From Patescibacteria group bacterium (GTDB lineage Bacteria > Patescibacteriota > Patescibacteriia > SG8-24 > DYFX01), in contig CP129476.1 of the NCBI GenBank assembly GCA_030583805.1, positions 509,429 through 573,428 of the forward strand: DNA of 64,000 nt, read 5' to 3'. The notes beneath the pieces were generated by a model that was not told the DNA's origin, made no database searches, and worked only from the letters and a program-made list of their open reading frames with translations. Positions within the stretch are counted from its first letter, which is position 1; every line of letters begins with the position of its first letter. Below are positions 34,256 to 43,762 of this stretch, piece by piece. Both the position numbers and the translations under genes were made by a program.

Positions 34256-34715
34256 CATGGACGATCCGATCTTCCAGGCTCCGCCGAGGACTTCGCCAGA
34301 CGAAGCGCATGCCGGTTCCGGACGCCGCAAGGTGATCTGGGTCATCGTGCTCGCAACGCTGGCGATCGTCGGCTACGTCGTGATCCGCAGCGCCCTGAGC
34401 TCGGATCCGTCGGTCGCAGCGACCAAGGCCGCCGCGGCCAAGAGCGACGCAGTCGAAGCACCCGGTCCGCAGGACCAGGTGCTGCTCGCCAACGGCATCT
34501 ACTGCGCCGATCACGCCAACGATCCAGAGATCTTCCCCCGCTGGTACTGCACGGAGTTCCGTGTACAGGCCGAGCGGACGGAGGAACGCCTCGGGAAGCT
34601 CGAAGCGCGAGAAGCGCCGAGCAACACCGCGCTCTGGACCGTCATCGTGATCCTGGGAATCCTCCAGATCTTCACCTGGGCGACCATCGCCAAGAAGAAG
34701 ACCTCGGACTCCTAG
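34248..34715 (+). CDS. Two-TM membrane protein, translationally coupled to the coiled-coil gene (start overlaps the upstream stop)
   Basis: MPSMDDPIF...VIWVIVLATLAIVGYVVI...TALWTVIVILGILQIFTWATIAKKK. Confidence 0.45.
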   Translation: MPSMDDPIFQAPPRTSPDEAHAGSGRRKVIWVIVLATLAIVGYVVIRSALSSDPSVAATKAAAAKSDAVEAPGPQDQVLLANGIYCADHANDPEIFPRWYCTEFRVQAERTEERLGKLEAREAPSNTALWTVIVILGILQIFTWATIAKKKTSDS

Positions 34716-34730
34716 GAGCTCAGCTCGAAC

Positions 34731-34772
34731 GGGCCTGGTACGTCATCTGACGTGCCGGGCCCTTTTACTTTT
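34731..34772. terminator. Strong bidirectional rho-independent terminator between convergent genes
   Basis: GGGCCTGGT-ACGTCA-TC-TGACGT-GCCGGGCCC hairpin, then TTTTACTTTT. Confidence 0.65.
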
Positions 34773-34774
34773 CT

Positions 34775-36166
34775 TCAAAAATCAAGGGATGCCGGAGCGC
34801 TGGCGAAACCTTGCTCGGGAGCGCCGAAACACGCGACGGCTTGTCGGTCGGCCCAAGCATAGCCGACCCGCCTGCCCTCCAAATCATAGAGCGCGTAAAG
34901 CGGCTTTTTTCCCAGCTCGCGGCTTAGCGGATCAAAAGCGCGATAGCCTACGAGCGCGCCTTCCGTATTCGCTACGGCGCGGCATCGAAGCGCGCGTCCT
35001 CGCTTGCCGGAACACACGATGAACATCGGATGCCGCGCGCGCGTCACCGCGCGGAACAACGGCTCGCCGGCACGGAGATCGTCGGTACGCAACGGAGCCG
35101 CTTCAATCCCCAGCGCTTCAGCGAAGGATACGGTTTCAGCGTGCGGATGCGCGGCCAGCGTTTCCGCAAGCGCCTCGGCCATGAGGCGTTCCGCTTCTGA
35201 TGCGCGGGGGTCATGCGACCGCCGTTCCAGCGCCTCGGCCGCATCCGAAGCCGCGACGTGCGAGAACCGCTCGTGCCACTGTTCCGGCAGGCGAAAAGCG
35301 ATCGTCGGCTGCCCAACGCGTCCTGGAACGGGCGCCGTCACGCCGCCACGGCCCAATGCCGCTGCCGTCGCGGCCGCGCCAAGCAGGCGCACGTCATCGG
35401 CATCGTAGCCATCCCAAAAACGAAGCCGGACGTCATTCTGTTCCGCAAGCGCGGCGGTGAGCGCCGAGAGGGCGGTTGTCCGTTCCGCGGCCCGCTCGCG
35501 TCGCAGCAAGCACGAAGCTCCCGCACCGAGCGTGAGCGCGAGCGCGCGGTGCGCATCGTTGGCGCACAAAGCCTCCCCTTCCAGAATCGCGGCGGCAGCC
35601 ATCGCGCTGAGGGCGGCGCCTTCGCGCGTCGCGCCCTGAGCCCGCGCATTCCCCGCGACGTGGCCGAGCAGTTCATGCCATTTTTTTTGCCAAAAAGAAA
35701 CGCCGCCTTCGCGCCGAAGCGTTTCCTGCCGCGCGGCAAAATCCGGCGTGACGGCTTCACGAAGCGCAATCACCATCGCGCTCGCAACGGCTACGTCGGC
35801 GCCTTCATGGCTGCGCGGCGGCGTACGCGGATGACGGGGAGCCAGCGAGCCGAGCAAGCGCGCGGACGTCCAGTTTCCGCTCCTGAGCAGCGCCTCGGCG
35901 GCTCGCGCACGCTCGCGCCATTCCCCTCTCGCGTGCCGCAACCGCATGACCGCATCATCAGCCGCCGAACGATCATCAAGAAAGACGGCCGCGCGTTGCG
36001 CGATCCGTTCACGGTCGGCGGATCCGGCTTCGAAAAAACGCTCGCGGTCGGCGAGGCGGTCGACGACGGCGCGCATCGCTGAAACCAGCGCCGCTTCGTC
36101 TTGGGCAGCGATGACGCGGTCGAGATCGTCGTTCGCAAGCACGCGGCGCACCGCCTCGGCGTTCAT
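34775..36166 (-). CDS. Hypothetical Ala/Arg-rich protein (463 aa), unknown function
   Basis: Start taken at MNAEAVRRV, giving an ATGA overlap with the upstream 118-aa gene. No recognisable motif. Confidence 0.45.
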   Translation of the reverse strand: MNAEAVRRVLANDDLDRVIAAQDEAALVSAMRAVVDRLADRERFFEAGSADRERIAQRAAVFLDDRSAADDAVMRLRHARGEWRERARAAEALLRSGNWTSARLLGSLAPRHPRTPPRSHEGADVAVASAMVIALREAVTPDFAARQETLRREGGVSFWQKKWHELLGHVAGNARAQGATREGAALSAMAAAAILEGEALCANDAHRALALTLGAGASCLLRRERAAERTTALSALTAALAEQNDVRLRFWDGYDADDVRLLGAAATAAALGRGGVTAPVPGRVGQPTIAFRLPEQWHERFSHVAASDAAEALERRSHDPRASEAERLMAEALAETLAAHPHAETVSFAEALGIEAAPLRTDDLRAGEPLFRAVTRARHPMFIVCSGKRGRALRCRAVANTEGALVGYRAFDPLSRELGKKPLYALYDLEGRRVGYAWADRQAVACFGAPEQGFASAPASLDF

Positions 36167-36519
36167 AGGTGCAGTTCGTCGCGCAGGCGCGCGGCGCGCT
36201 CCAAGCATTCCCGTCCGAAGCGATCAAGCGCCGTCCGCACGCGCTCTTGGGCGTCTGGCACCCGAACATCGAAGAACACGATGAGTTCGTCTTCGGTGGC
36301 GCCGTCCGCAGCCATCTCCCGGAACGTCGCAAGCGAATGCGGATCGATAGCGTGCATGAGCTCAAAGCCGACCCGGCGCTGCGCCTCGGCCGTCAGGGCC
36401 GTGACCGTTTCCAGGCGCTCTTCCGCAGGCGCATGCGCGAACCCGGCCTTGGCGACCAAGGCTTCAACGTAGGCGCGGATCGGGTCGTGGGCGAAGACGG
36501 AAACGAGCGGGGGGTGCAT
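36163..36519 (-). CDS. Hypothetical protein (118 aa), translationally coupled to 34775..36166
   Basis: MHPPLVSVFAHDPIRAYVEALVAKAGFAH.... Stop/start overlap (ATGA). Confidence 0.4.
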   Translation of the reverse strand: MHPPLVSVFAHDPIRAYVEALVAKAGFAHAPAEERLETVTALTAEAQRRVGFELMHAIDPHSLATFREMAADGATEDELIVFFDVRVPDAQERVRTALDRFGRECLERAARLRDELHL

Positions 36520-36615
36520 ACCTGAACAGTATAAGGCAAAAACGGCTCCAGGCGAAGATGATAAAGGATCTTGCCTGCTGAAAAGGCCTGTGCTACACTT
36601 GGGCAGTCAAAAAAG

Positions 36616-36693
36616 GGGCCAGTAGCGCAGCCCGGTTAGCGCGTCTCCCTGTCACGGAGAAGGTCGCGGGTTCGAATCCCGTCTGGCCCGCCA
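36616..36693 (+). tRNA. tRNA-Asp (anticodon GTC), CCA encoded
   Basis: Manual fold: acceptor GGGCCAG/CTGGCCC. D-arm GCGC-AGCCCGGTTA-GCGC. Anticodon arm TCTCC-CTGTCAC-GGAGA (anticodon GUC). T-arm GCGGG-TTCGAAT-CCCGT. Discriminator G plus CCA. Confidence 0.9.
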
Positions 36694-36698
36694 TGAAA

Positions 36699-36726
36699 GA
36701 ACCGCCCAACAAGGCGGTTTTTTCAT
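36699..36726 (+). terminator. Terminator hairpin after the tRNA (aaccgcc-caacaa-ggcggtt plus TTTTTTCATTT)
   Basis: Seen in the sequence immediately 3' of the tRNA CCA. Confidence 0.6.
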
Positions 36727-36776
36727 TTGCGCGGCTAACCTTGGCAATTCTGCCACCAGGGGTACACTGGTGGCAT

Positions 36777-37859
36777 ATGCGTGTCCCCATTTCTCCACAG
36801 GCCCTGCTCGAGCGATTGGCCGCCGTCGCGCACCTGACCCAAGGCATCGAGGCGTTGGGCATCATGGCGTTTATCACCGATCCCGACGGCCACATCCTCT
36901 TCGCCAACGAGGCGACGGAGCGGATCACCGGCTTTACGCGCAAGGAAATGATCGGTCGCAACCCGGGAGACCTATGGGGCGGGCAGATGCCCGAAGCGTT
37001 TTACGTCGATTTTTGGAAGACGATCAAGACGGACAAAAAACCGTTCGTTGCGGAAATGCACAACCGCCGAAAAGACGGCGTGATGCACTGGCAAGAGATG
37101 TTCGTGACGCCGATTATGGCGGAGAACGGTGACGTGGAATTTTTCATCGCGGTCGAACCCGATATCACCGAACGCAAAGAACGCGAAAAGTTCCGAGAGG
37201 AATTTACGAGCATCTTGAGTCATCAGCTCAAGAATCCGCTCACGGCCGTGAACTGGACGATCGAACTTCTTCTGGAGCGCAACGGTTTGCGCCCGGACCA
37301 GAAGGCGGCTTTGCATGACGCCTATGAGGGCAGCAAAAGCATGGTCGGCCTGATCGAAGACCTCGTCACGATTTCCCGCCTCGGACAAACACCGGCCCAC
37401 AACGACAGCGTGAACATCGTGCAGGAGCTGGACGAGGTCGTTGCGCTCGCGAAGCGGCATCATCCGAAGGTCGTCGTCGACTATCAGCCGCCGGCCGCAA
37501 CCAACTTCGTAACGAGTCGCGTCTTGATGCTCCAAGTACTGTCGAACATCGTCTCCAACGCGTTCGAATATGCGGATGCGGAGGCGCCGAAGGTGCGCAT
37601 CGCGATGCATATTTCGGATCGCATGATTCGCCTCGAGGTTGAAAACAACGGCCTGACGATCCCGGCTGACGCGAAAGAAAAAATCTTCGACAAGTTTTAC
37701 CGCACCGAAGCCGCGGCGGCATACAAGGCCAGCGGCACCGGCCTCGGCCTGTTCATCGTCAAAATGATCTGCGACACGTTCGGGTGGAAGATCGGCTTTG
37801 AAAGCCCGCGCAGCGAAAAGGGAGGAACGATGTTTTACGTAGAGATGCCTCGCACATAA
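36777..37859 (+). CDS. PAS-domain sensor histidine kinase (PAS + HisKA + HATPase_c); no response regulator is adjacent
   Basis: PAS: ...ITDPDGHILFANEATERITGFTRKEMIGRNPGDLW.... H-box FTSILSHQLKNPLTAV. N/G boxes ...LSNIVSNAFEYA...GTGLGLFIVKMICD.... Start taken at MRVPISP because the track's ATG at 36693 overlaps the tRNA. Confidence 0.8.
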   Translation: MRVPISPQALLERLAAVAHLTQGIEALGIMAFITDPDGHILFANEATERITGFTRKEMIGRNPGDLWGGQMPEAFYVDFWKTIKTDKKPFVAEMHNRRKDGVMHWQEMFVTPIMAENGDVEFFIAVEPDITERKEREKFREEFTSILSHQLKNPLTAVNWTIELLLERNGLRPDQKAALHDAYEGSKSMVGLIEDLVTISRLGQTPAHNDSVNIVQELDEVVALAKRHHPKVVVDYQPPAATNFVTSRVLMLQVLSNIVSNAFEYADAEAPKVRIAMHISDRMIRLEVENNGLTIPADAKEKIFDKFYRTEAAAAYKASGTGLGLFIVKMICDTFGWKIGFESPRSEKGGTMFYVEMPRT

Positions 37860-37933
37860 AAAAACCGCCCGGCAAAGGGGCGGCGAGTGCGCCCCTTGGC
37901 AATTTCGGCGGAATCGGCAACACTGGCCGCATC

Positions 37934-38626
37934 ATGCCCTTTCTTCATCTGCATTGCATGAAGGATACTTCGGTTTCCGACATGGAGGCTTCCGCGATCG
38001 CCGAGACGGCCGGAATCCCGCTCGGAGCGCTCCGTTCCGCGAGGCCTTTCGAAGCGCCTGTCCCCTCCGCGGCGCTCGATGGCGTTTCCGGACTGCTCAT
38101 CGGCGGCTCGGCCTGGTCCGTCTTCGAAGAGATTCCTTGCTACGACGCCTTCGTCGCGCTGCTTCACGAAGCCCGTCGACGTCGGCTGCCGATGTTCGGC
38201 ATCTGCTTCGGCGCGCAGGCGATCGCCCACGTGTTCGGCGGCCGCGTCGTGCGCGATCACGACCGCGCGGAATACGGAACGATCGACGTGCATCGGGAGG
38301 ACGACGTCGACGACCTCTTTGCGGAGCTGCCGCTTCGTTTCCGCGCCCAGGCGTGGCATCAAGACCGCATCGTCCAGCTCCCGGCAGGAGCGGCAGCGGC
38401 CGCTTGGAGCCAGGACGCGGTTCTGCAAGCCTTCGCGTTTCGCGACGCGCCGATCTGGGGCGTGCAGTTCCACCCGGAACGCACGCGCGAGACGTTCGAG
38501 AAGCTGCTCGAAACGCGCCCAGCGCCTTGCGAAGCGCATCCGATCGAGCGTATCCGCGCTTCGCTGGTCCCGACGCCGCGGGCCGCCTCCCTCCTTGCCC
38601 GATTCGTGCGCTATGCGCAACGCTAA
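37934..38626 (+). CDS. Class I glutamine amidotransferase-like protein (GATase1)
   Basis: Cys nucleophile elbow MFGICFGAQAIAH. GVQFHPERT. C-terminal His/Glu. Confidence 0.75.
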   Translation: MPFLHLHCMKDTSVSDMEASAIAETAGIPLGALRSARPFEAPVPSAALDGVSGLLIGGSAWSVFEEIPCYDAFVALLHEARRRRLPMFGICFGAQAIAHVFGGRVVRDHDRAEYGTIDVHREDDVDDLFAELPLRFRAQAWHQDRIVQLPAGAAAAAWSQDAVLQAFAFRDAPIWGVQFHPERTRETFEKLLETRPAPCEAHPIERIRASLVPTPRAASLLARFVRYAQR

Positions 38627-38629
38627 ACC

Positions 38630-38662
38630 AAAACGAGGCTCTCGCCTCGTTTTTTTCTTTTA
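38630..38662. terminator. Bidirectional terminator between the convergent GATase and thioredoxin-like genes
   Basis: aaaacgaggc-tctc-gcctcgttttttt hairpin plus T-run. Confidence 0.65.
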
Positions 38663-38926
38663 CTTGCCGCCGGTGGCCCATATCTTGAGCGTGTCGTAGT
38701 CGACCGCGCCGCAGAGGCGCGCACCCGTTTCTTCGTTGACGAAGAACGGCACGCCGCCGCACATGTTGTCGACATCCTTCTCGGCGCGCAGCTTGTTGTT
38801 CGCCTCGTCGTGCCAGGTCTCGAGTTTCTTGACCTCGACGCCGAGTTCTTTTTCAAGCTGCTCGACGAGCGGCGCCATGCGGACGCAGTGCGGACATTCC
38901 TTTCCGTAGAATTCGAGGAGGGCCAT
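38660..38926 (-). CDS. Thioredoxin-fold protein (CPHC active site)
   Basis: MALLEFYGKECPHCVRMAPLVEQLEKELGVEVKKLETWHDE...GGVPFFVNEETGARLCGAVDYDTLKIWA. Confidence 0.75.
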   Translation of the reverse strand: MALLEFYGKECPHCVRMAPLVEQLEKELGVEVKKLETWHDEANNKLRAEKDVDNMCGGVPFFVNEETGARLCGAVDYDTLKIWATGGK

Positions 38927-39023
38927 GGAAATGCATGAGGAATCTTATCCACACGGTATCGCAGACGCGGCTGGACGGCAAACCCGCGCGCCGATACGGT
39001 AGAGACGGCAAGGAGGTACCGCG

Positions 39024-39434
39024 ATGCCGCAGCCGAACAGTCGTCTCTTGTTCCTTGTTTGCTCGATCTACTCGGTCATTCATCTCGGACTCATGCTCGA
39101 CGCCTTCCTGAGCGAGCGCGACCAGGTCGCCTACGCCATGATCGTCTTGCACGGCATGCTGCTTGCGCTCTACGTCGGCCCCAAGGAGGCCGGACGCTGG
39201 TTCAAGAATCATGGGTCCTCAAGCCGCCCCGGTGAAGCGCTGGTCTTCCTCTGGATCGGAGCGCTCGTCTTCATGGGCATCGTGAACCACTTCGCGCCCC
39301 GCTACCGCGTTCCGGAGGGCATGCTCGACACCGTCTTGACCCTGGGCGTCATCCTCTTCGGCTCCGAGATGTCAAAGCTGATTCACGGCTGGCGGAAGCC
39401 CCCATGTCCGGAAAACGAAAAAACGACGCCGTAA
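39024..39434 (+). CDS. Small polytopic membrane protein, unknown function
   Basis: Four hydrophobic helices (LLFLVCSIYSVIHLGLML, MIVLHGMLLALYVG, LVFLWIGALVFMGIV, VLTLGVILFGSEM). Confidence 0.4.
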   Translation: MPQPNSRLLFLVCSIYSVIHLGLMLDAFLSERDQVAYAMIVLHGMLLALYVGPKEAGRWFKNHGSSSRPGEALVFLWIGALVFMGIVNHFAPRYRVPEGMLDTVLTLGVILFGSEMSKLIHGWRKPPCPENEKTTP

Positions 39435-39447
39435 GCGTCGAATTTTT

Positions 39448-40596
39448 TTACGATTTCGCCGCAGGGAGCTTCACCGTAAATACGGTCTCCTTATTCGGCA
39501 CGCTTTTGAACGAAATCGTTCCGTTCATACCTTCAACGAGGCGCTTGACGATGAACAGACCGAGACCGCTGCCCTCGACGCCGCTCGAAGCCTTGGCGCG
39601 CCAGAACTTTTCAAACAAGTGCTTTTGCTCGGCCGGCTCAATGCCGGGCCCGTCATCAATGACGTCGTAGCGCAGATACGGGTCTTCGCGCGTAATGCGA
39701 ATGCGGACGTGCCCGCCGTCCCTGTTGTACTTCACGGCGTTCGAAACGAGGTTCGTGAGCACTTCATCGACGCGCCGATCGTCGGCCAGCGCCATGGCCA
39801 CAAGCCCGTTTTCCTCCTCGATCTCGATCGAGATCTTTTTCTTGGCGGCGATCGGTTCCATCTCCTTAACGATGCCTTTGGCGGCATCGAGCAGGTTCAC
39901 GAACTCCTTCTTGAATGGAATGCGCTTGGCGTCGAGTCGCGCCATGTTGAGCAGGTCCTCGACAAGCGTCGCGAGATTCTTGCTCGCGCTGACAGCGTCC
40001 TCAAACGCCTGTCGGATTTCGGCGTTCATGCGGCGGTCGGCGATCGATTCAAGGCTCCAGCGAATCGACGTGACCGGCGTGCGCAATTCATGGGCCGCGA
40101 CGAACAAGAACTCGTCTTTCAGCTTCAAGACTTCCGTCTGGCGCTCAATTTCTTTTTTCTGCGCGTCCTCAAGCGCGTGCGTGCGCTCTCTGACCTTGTT
40201 TTCCAGCGACACGCGTTCGGTTCGGAGGGCGGCGGCCATCGCGTTGAACCGCTCGGCCAAAACCTGCAGTTCATCCCCCGTCTTCACGGTCATGTGCACG
40301 TCGAAATTCCCCTTCATGATCTCTTCGGTTCCATGCGTCAAAAGCGCGACGGGACCGAAGATCCGCGTGATAACCATGTAGGTGAAATAGCCGGCCAAGA
40401 CCAGCGTCGAAACCAAGATGATGGCGATCAAATTTTGCCGATCGAGGTTCAGGATGTGCGAATAGGTCTGCTCGTCGAAAATGATCTGCGTGACGATCAT
40501 GTACGTCACGATCAGCAGCACTTCAAAAAAGATGACCGTGCCAGCCACTTTCAAACCGATATTCGGCCGTAAGCCCAAACGTTCGCGCAAGGTCAT
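39448..40596 (-). CDS. Membrane sensor histidine kinase (TM-HAMP-HisKA-HATPase_c); start uncertain and either candidate overlaps the pyk 3' end by more than 20 nt
   Basis: H-box FVAAHELRTPVTSIRWSLE. ...LTNLVSNAVKYNRDGGHVRI...DDGPGIEPAEQKHLFEKFWRA...GSGLGLFIVKRLVEGMNGTI. Confidence 0.8.
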   Translation of the reverse strand: MTLRERLGLRPNIGLKVAGTVIFFEVLLIVTYMIVTQIIFDEQTYSHILNLDRQNLIAIILVSTLVLAGYFTYMVITRIFGPVALLTHGTEEIMKGNFDVHMTVKTGDELQVLAERFNAMAAALRTERVSLENKVRERTHALEDAQKKEIERQTEVLKLKDEFLFVAAHELRTPVTSIRWSLESIADRRMNAEIRQAFEDAVSASKNLATLVEDLLNMARLDAKRIPFKKEFVNLLDAAKGIVKEMEPIAAKKKISIEIEEENGLVAMALADDRRVDEVLTNLVSNAVKYNRDGGHVRIRITREDPYLRYDVIDDGPGIEPAEQKHLFEKFWRAKASSGVEGSGLGLFIVKRLVEGMNGTISFKSVPNKETVFTVKLPAAKS

Positions 40597-40618
40597 ACCG
40601 TTCCAGTATAGCACCGAT

Positions 40619-42055
40619 TCATGGAAGCTCGCGGATTTCAACGCGATCCGACAGGGCGCCGATCGGATCTCCTCCGATGACGACCATCTTTTCGCCCGAA
40701 TCCGCCAAGCCGCGCGACTTCACGACTTCCGTTACAGCCTTGAAAAAAGCCTCCGCATCCTTGCTGCGCTCCATGCAGACCGGCAAGACGCCCCAAGAAA
40801 CGTTCAGCTGGCGCTGGATGCGTTCGTCGTCCGTTACGACCAGGATCGGCATTTCCGGGCGGAAGCGACTCACGATTCTTCCGAGATCGCCTTGCGGCGA
40901 CGCCACGGCAACCAGCCGCACGTCGACGTCGCGCACCAGGACGTTGGCGATTTCCGAAACCGCCTCGTCGACCGACCGCGCATCGCCGCGTCGATGTTCG
41001 ACATCGATGTCATCAAACGTCGAGTCTTCCGTTTCCCGGACGATCTTCGCCATCATTTCCACGGCTTCAAGCGGGTGCGCTCCGCCCGCCGTCTCGCCGG
41101 AAAGCATGACGGCGTCGGCATGATCGATAACCGCATTTGCGACATCGGACACCTCGGCGCGCGTCGGGCGCGGATTGCGGATCATCGAATCGAGCATCTG
41201 CGTCGCCACGATCACGGGTTTAGCGGCCGCGCGGCATTTTGCGACAAGCTGTTTCTGCACGATCGGCACGCGCTCCGGCGCCATCTCGATCCCCAAATCT
41301 CCTCGAGCCACCATAATCACGTCGGACGCTTCGATGATTTCGTCCATCGCTTCCACCGCTTCGCGCTTTTCGACTTTGGCGATAATCCGGATCGCGGATC
41401 GCTGCGGGTGCTGGGAAATCTTCTCAGCATGGGCAATGATCCCGCGCAGCTCTTCGATCTCGCGGGCCGAGCGTACGAACGACAAGGCGACAAAATCGAC
41501 GCCCTGCGCGACGCCGAACACCACGTCCGCCTTATCCTTTTCGGTAATCGGAGAGATCGACAATTTCGAATCCGGAAAATTAACCCCTTTGTGTGACGTG
41601 AGCGTGCCGCCGTCGATCACCTCGCACACCACGTCGCGGCCTTGTACCTCCACCACCTTGGCTGACAACAACCCGTCATCCAGCAAGATGCGCTCTCCTA
41701 CTTTCACGTCTTTATGCAAAAACTCGTACGTCACGGGCAGCCGCATCGCGTCCACTGCCGACTCCCCCGTCGTGAACGTCACGCGCGCGCCCGCCTTGAG
41801 TTCAACGCCTTCTTTCGGCAAGACGCCGGCGCGGATTTTCGGGCCCTGCAAATCCTGAAGGATCGCGACAGGCTCGCCGACGGCATGCGCGGCGGAGCGG
41901 ATCGTTCGAATCAGTTCCGCATGCTCTTCATGCGTGCCATGGGAGAAATTAAGCCGTGCGACGTTCATGCCGGCGCGCACCATGCGCTCCAACACGTCGG
42001 GCGACGAAGACGCCGGACCGATCGTGCAAACGATTTTCGTGCGCTTAAAAGCCAT
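40619..42055 (-). CDS. pyk: Pyruvate kinase
   Basis: MAFKRTKIVCTIGPASSSPDVLERMVRAGMNVARLNFSHGTHEEHAE...ILQDLQGPKIR...MVARGDLGIEMAPERVPIVQK.... 478 aa. Confidence 0.95.
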   Translation of the reverse strand: MAFKRTKIVCTIGPASSSPDVLERMVRAGMNVARLNFSHGTHEEHAELIRTIRSAAHAVGEPVAILQDLQGPKIRAGVLPKEGVELKAGARVTFTTGESAVDAMRLPVTYEFLHKDVKVGERILLDDGLLSAKVVEVQGRDVVCEVIDGGTLTSHKGVNFPDSKLSISPITEKDKADVVFGVAQGVDFVALSFVRSAREIEELRGIIAHAEKISQHPQRSAIRIIAKVEKREAVEAMDEIIEASDVIMVARGDLGIEMAPERVPIVQKQLVAKCRAAAKPVIVATQMLDSMIRNPRPTRAEVSDVANAVIDHADAVMLSGETAGGAHPLEAVEMMAKIVRETEDSTFDDIDVEHRRGDARSVDEAVSEIANVLVRDVDVRLVAVASPQGDLGRIVSRFRPEMPILVVTDDERIQRQLNVSWGVLPVCMERSKDAEAFFKAVTEVVKSRGLADSGEKMVVIGGDPIGALSDRVEIRELP

Positions 42056-42058
42056 AGG

Positions 42059-43288
42059 TCAAAGAGGTTCGTCAGGCAGGACGCCCAGTGTCACCGGAAG
42101 GACGCGTTCGGCGCCGTCGCGCAAAATGCGGACGTGCACCGTTTCTCCCGCGCGACGCTTCGCAACCATGCTGGAAAGCGGGTGTTCGAGATCCAGCCTC
42201 GCGCCGTCGATATCAAGCAGCACGTCGCCGGACGCTAGACCGGCTTTCTCGGCGGGAGAACCGGGGACGATCGCCGCCCCCTCCGCCTGCGTCGTGCCTC
42301 CGACGAGCAACGCGCCGTAGTCCACGTCGAACCCGTTGCGCTTGGCCGTCTCGGGGGTCAGCATCGCGTACCGCACGCCGAGCCACGGACGAACGATCTT
42401 GCCGTGCGTTTTAACGCTTTCAATGACGACTTTGGCGGCATTGATAGGAATGGCGAATCCGATCGATTGTCCGGAACGGTTGACCGCCGTATTCACGCCG
42501 ATCACCTTGCCCTCAAGGTCGACCAGCGGTCCGCCGGAGTTGCCCGGGTTGATGGCTGCGTCCGTCTGGAGAGCCTCCTCGATCACTTCGGATTCTCCGG
42601 AACCGTTGCCTGCGACCACGCGGCGGTTGACGGCGGAAATGACGCCCTTCGTCACGGAATTGCGGTACTCGGACAAGGAATTTCCGATGGCGATGACGGT
42701 CTCGCCCGGCGACAGAAGATCCGAGTCGCCAAGCGGCGCGACCGTGAGTCCGGTCGCTTCGATTTTCAAAACGGCGATGTCGAGAATCGTATCCCGGGCG
42801 AGCACCTTGGCGGGAAAGACCTTGCCGTCGGCCAGGACGATTTCATAATCCGCTTCCGTATCGGAGGCGACGTGCCGGTTCGTGAGAATCAGCCCGTCTT
42901 CGGAAATGACGAATCCCGTTCCGCCGCCGATTTCCTGTTTCTGGCCGGGGGCGGAGGGCGCGAGCGGAATTTCAAACCCGAAATACCCGAACGGACCAGT
43001 GCTTTCGTACAGCTTCGCGAGATCTTTCTTGACGACGACGCTGACCACCGCGGGCGAGACTTCACGCACCGCATCGATCACGCGCCGATCCTCGGCCGAA
43101 ACCGGCTGTCGATCGGTGAAAGCGGCCGGATCGGCCGGTTCGCGCCACGGATAATATTTTTGATTCAAAGAAACGGCGAAAAGGACGCCGAATGCTGCTC
43201 CTGAAAAGCTTCCCAAAAGAAAAGCCGCCACGATGACGTAGGTCAGCGGGTTGCGGCGAAGGCTCTTCTGTGCGGACATGTCCTCCAT
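42059..43288 (-). CDS. htrA: HtrA/DegP-family serine protease with PDZ domain (catalytic triad intact)
   Basis: ILTNRHVA (His), DIAVLKI (Asp), GNSGGPLVDLEGKVIGVNTA (Ser), PDZ ...GSPAEKAGLASGDVLLDIDGARLD.... Confidence 0.9.
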   Translation of the reverse strand: MEDMSAQKSLRRNPLTYVIVAAFLLGSFSGAAFGVLFAVSLNQKYYPWREPADPAAFTDRQPVSAEDRRVIDAVREVSPAVVSVVVKKDLAKLYESTGPFGYFGFEIPLAPSAPGQKQEIGGGTGFVISEDGLILTNRHVASDTEADYEIVLADGKVFPAKVLARDTILDIAVLKIEATGLTVAPLGDSDLLSPGETVIAIGNSLSEYRNSVTKGVISAVNRRVVAGNGSGESEVIEEALQTDAAINPGNSGGPLVDLEGKVIGVNTAVNRSGQSIGFAIPINAAKVVIESVKTHGKIVRPWLGVRYAMLTPETAKRNGFDVDYGALLVGGTTQAEGAAIVPGSPAEKAGLASGDVLLDIDGARLDLEHPLSSMVAKRRAGETVHVRILRDGAERVLPVTLGVLPDEPL

Positions 43289-43297
43289 ACGTCCGTA

Positions 43298-43762
43298 TCA
43301 GCGTTTTTTCTTCGACTTGGCCAAATGCTCGAGGGCTTCTTGAAAGGTCTTCACGTCTTCGAACGCGCGGTACACGGACGCGAAGCGGATATAGGCAACG
43401 GTATCGACGTGCTTCAGGCGATTCATGACGATCTCGCCAACCTCACGGCTCGTCACTTCGTTTTTCTTCCGACGCTGCAAATCGCGCTCGACCTGATTGA
43501 CCAGGTCCTTGAACACTTCCGCAGTGATCGGTCTCTTTTGAATGGCTTTGCGCAATCCGGACTCGAGCTTCTCGCGCATGTACGCCTCGCGGCGGCCATC
43601 GCGTTTCACGACGGTGAGGTCGAGAATCTCGCTCTCTTCGACTGTTGAAAACCGAAAATGGCACTTGAGGCACTGGCGGCGACGGCGAATGCTCATTCCG
43701 CCCTGCGAGAGCCGGGAATCGACGACTTTGGTGTCCTTATGATTGCATGCGACGCACCTCAC
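43298..43762 (-). CDS. nrdR: Transcriptional repressor NrdR
   Basis: [42 protein letters not shown] (Zn ribbon), then an ATP-cone. 154 aa. Confidence 0.95.
   Translation of the reverse strand: MRCVACNHKDTKVVDSRLSQGGMSIRRRRQCLKCHFRFSTVEESEILDLTVVKRDGRREAYMREKLESGLRKAIQKRPITAEVFKDLVNQVERDLQRRKKNEVTSREVGEIVMNRLKHVDTVAYIRFASVYRAFEDVKTFQEALEHLAKSKKKR

Noticed and set aside
35213-36082. 289-aa plus-strand ORF and others opposite 34775..36166
   Set aside because: Antisense artefact. It has to be said that the minus-strand gene is itself only weakly supported.
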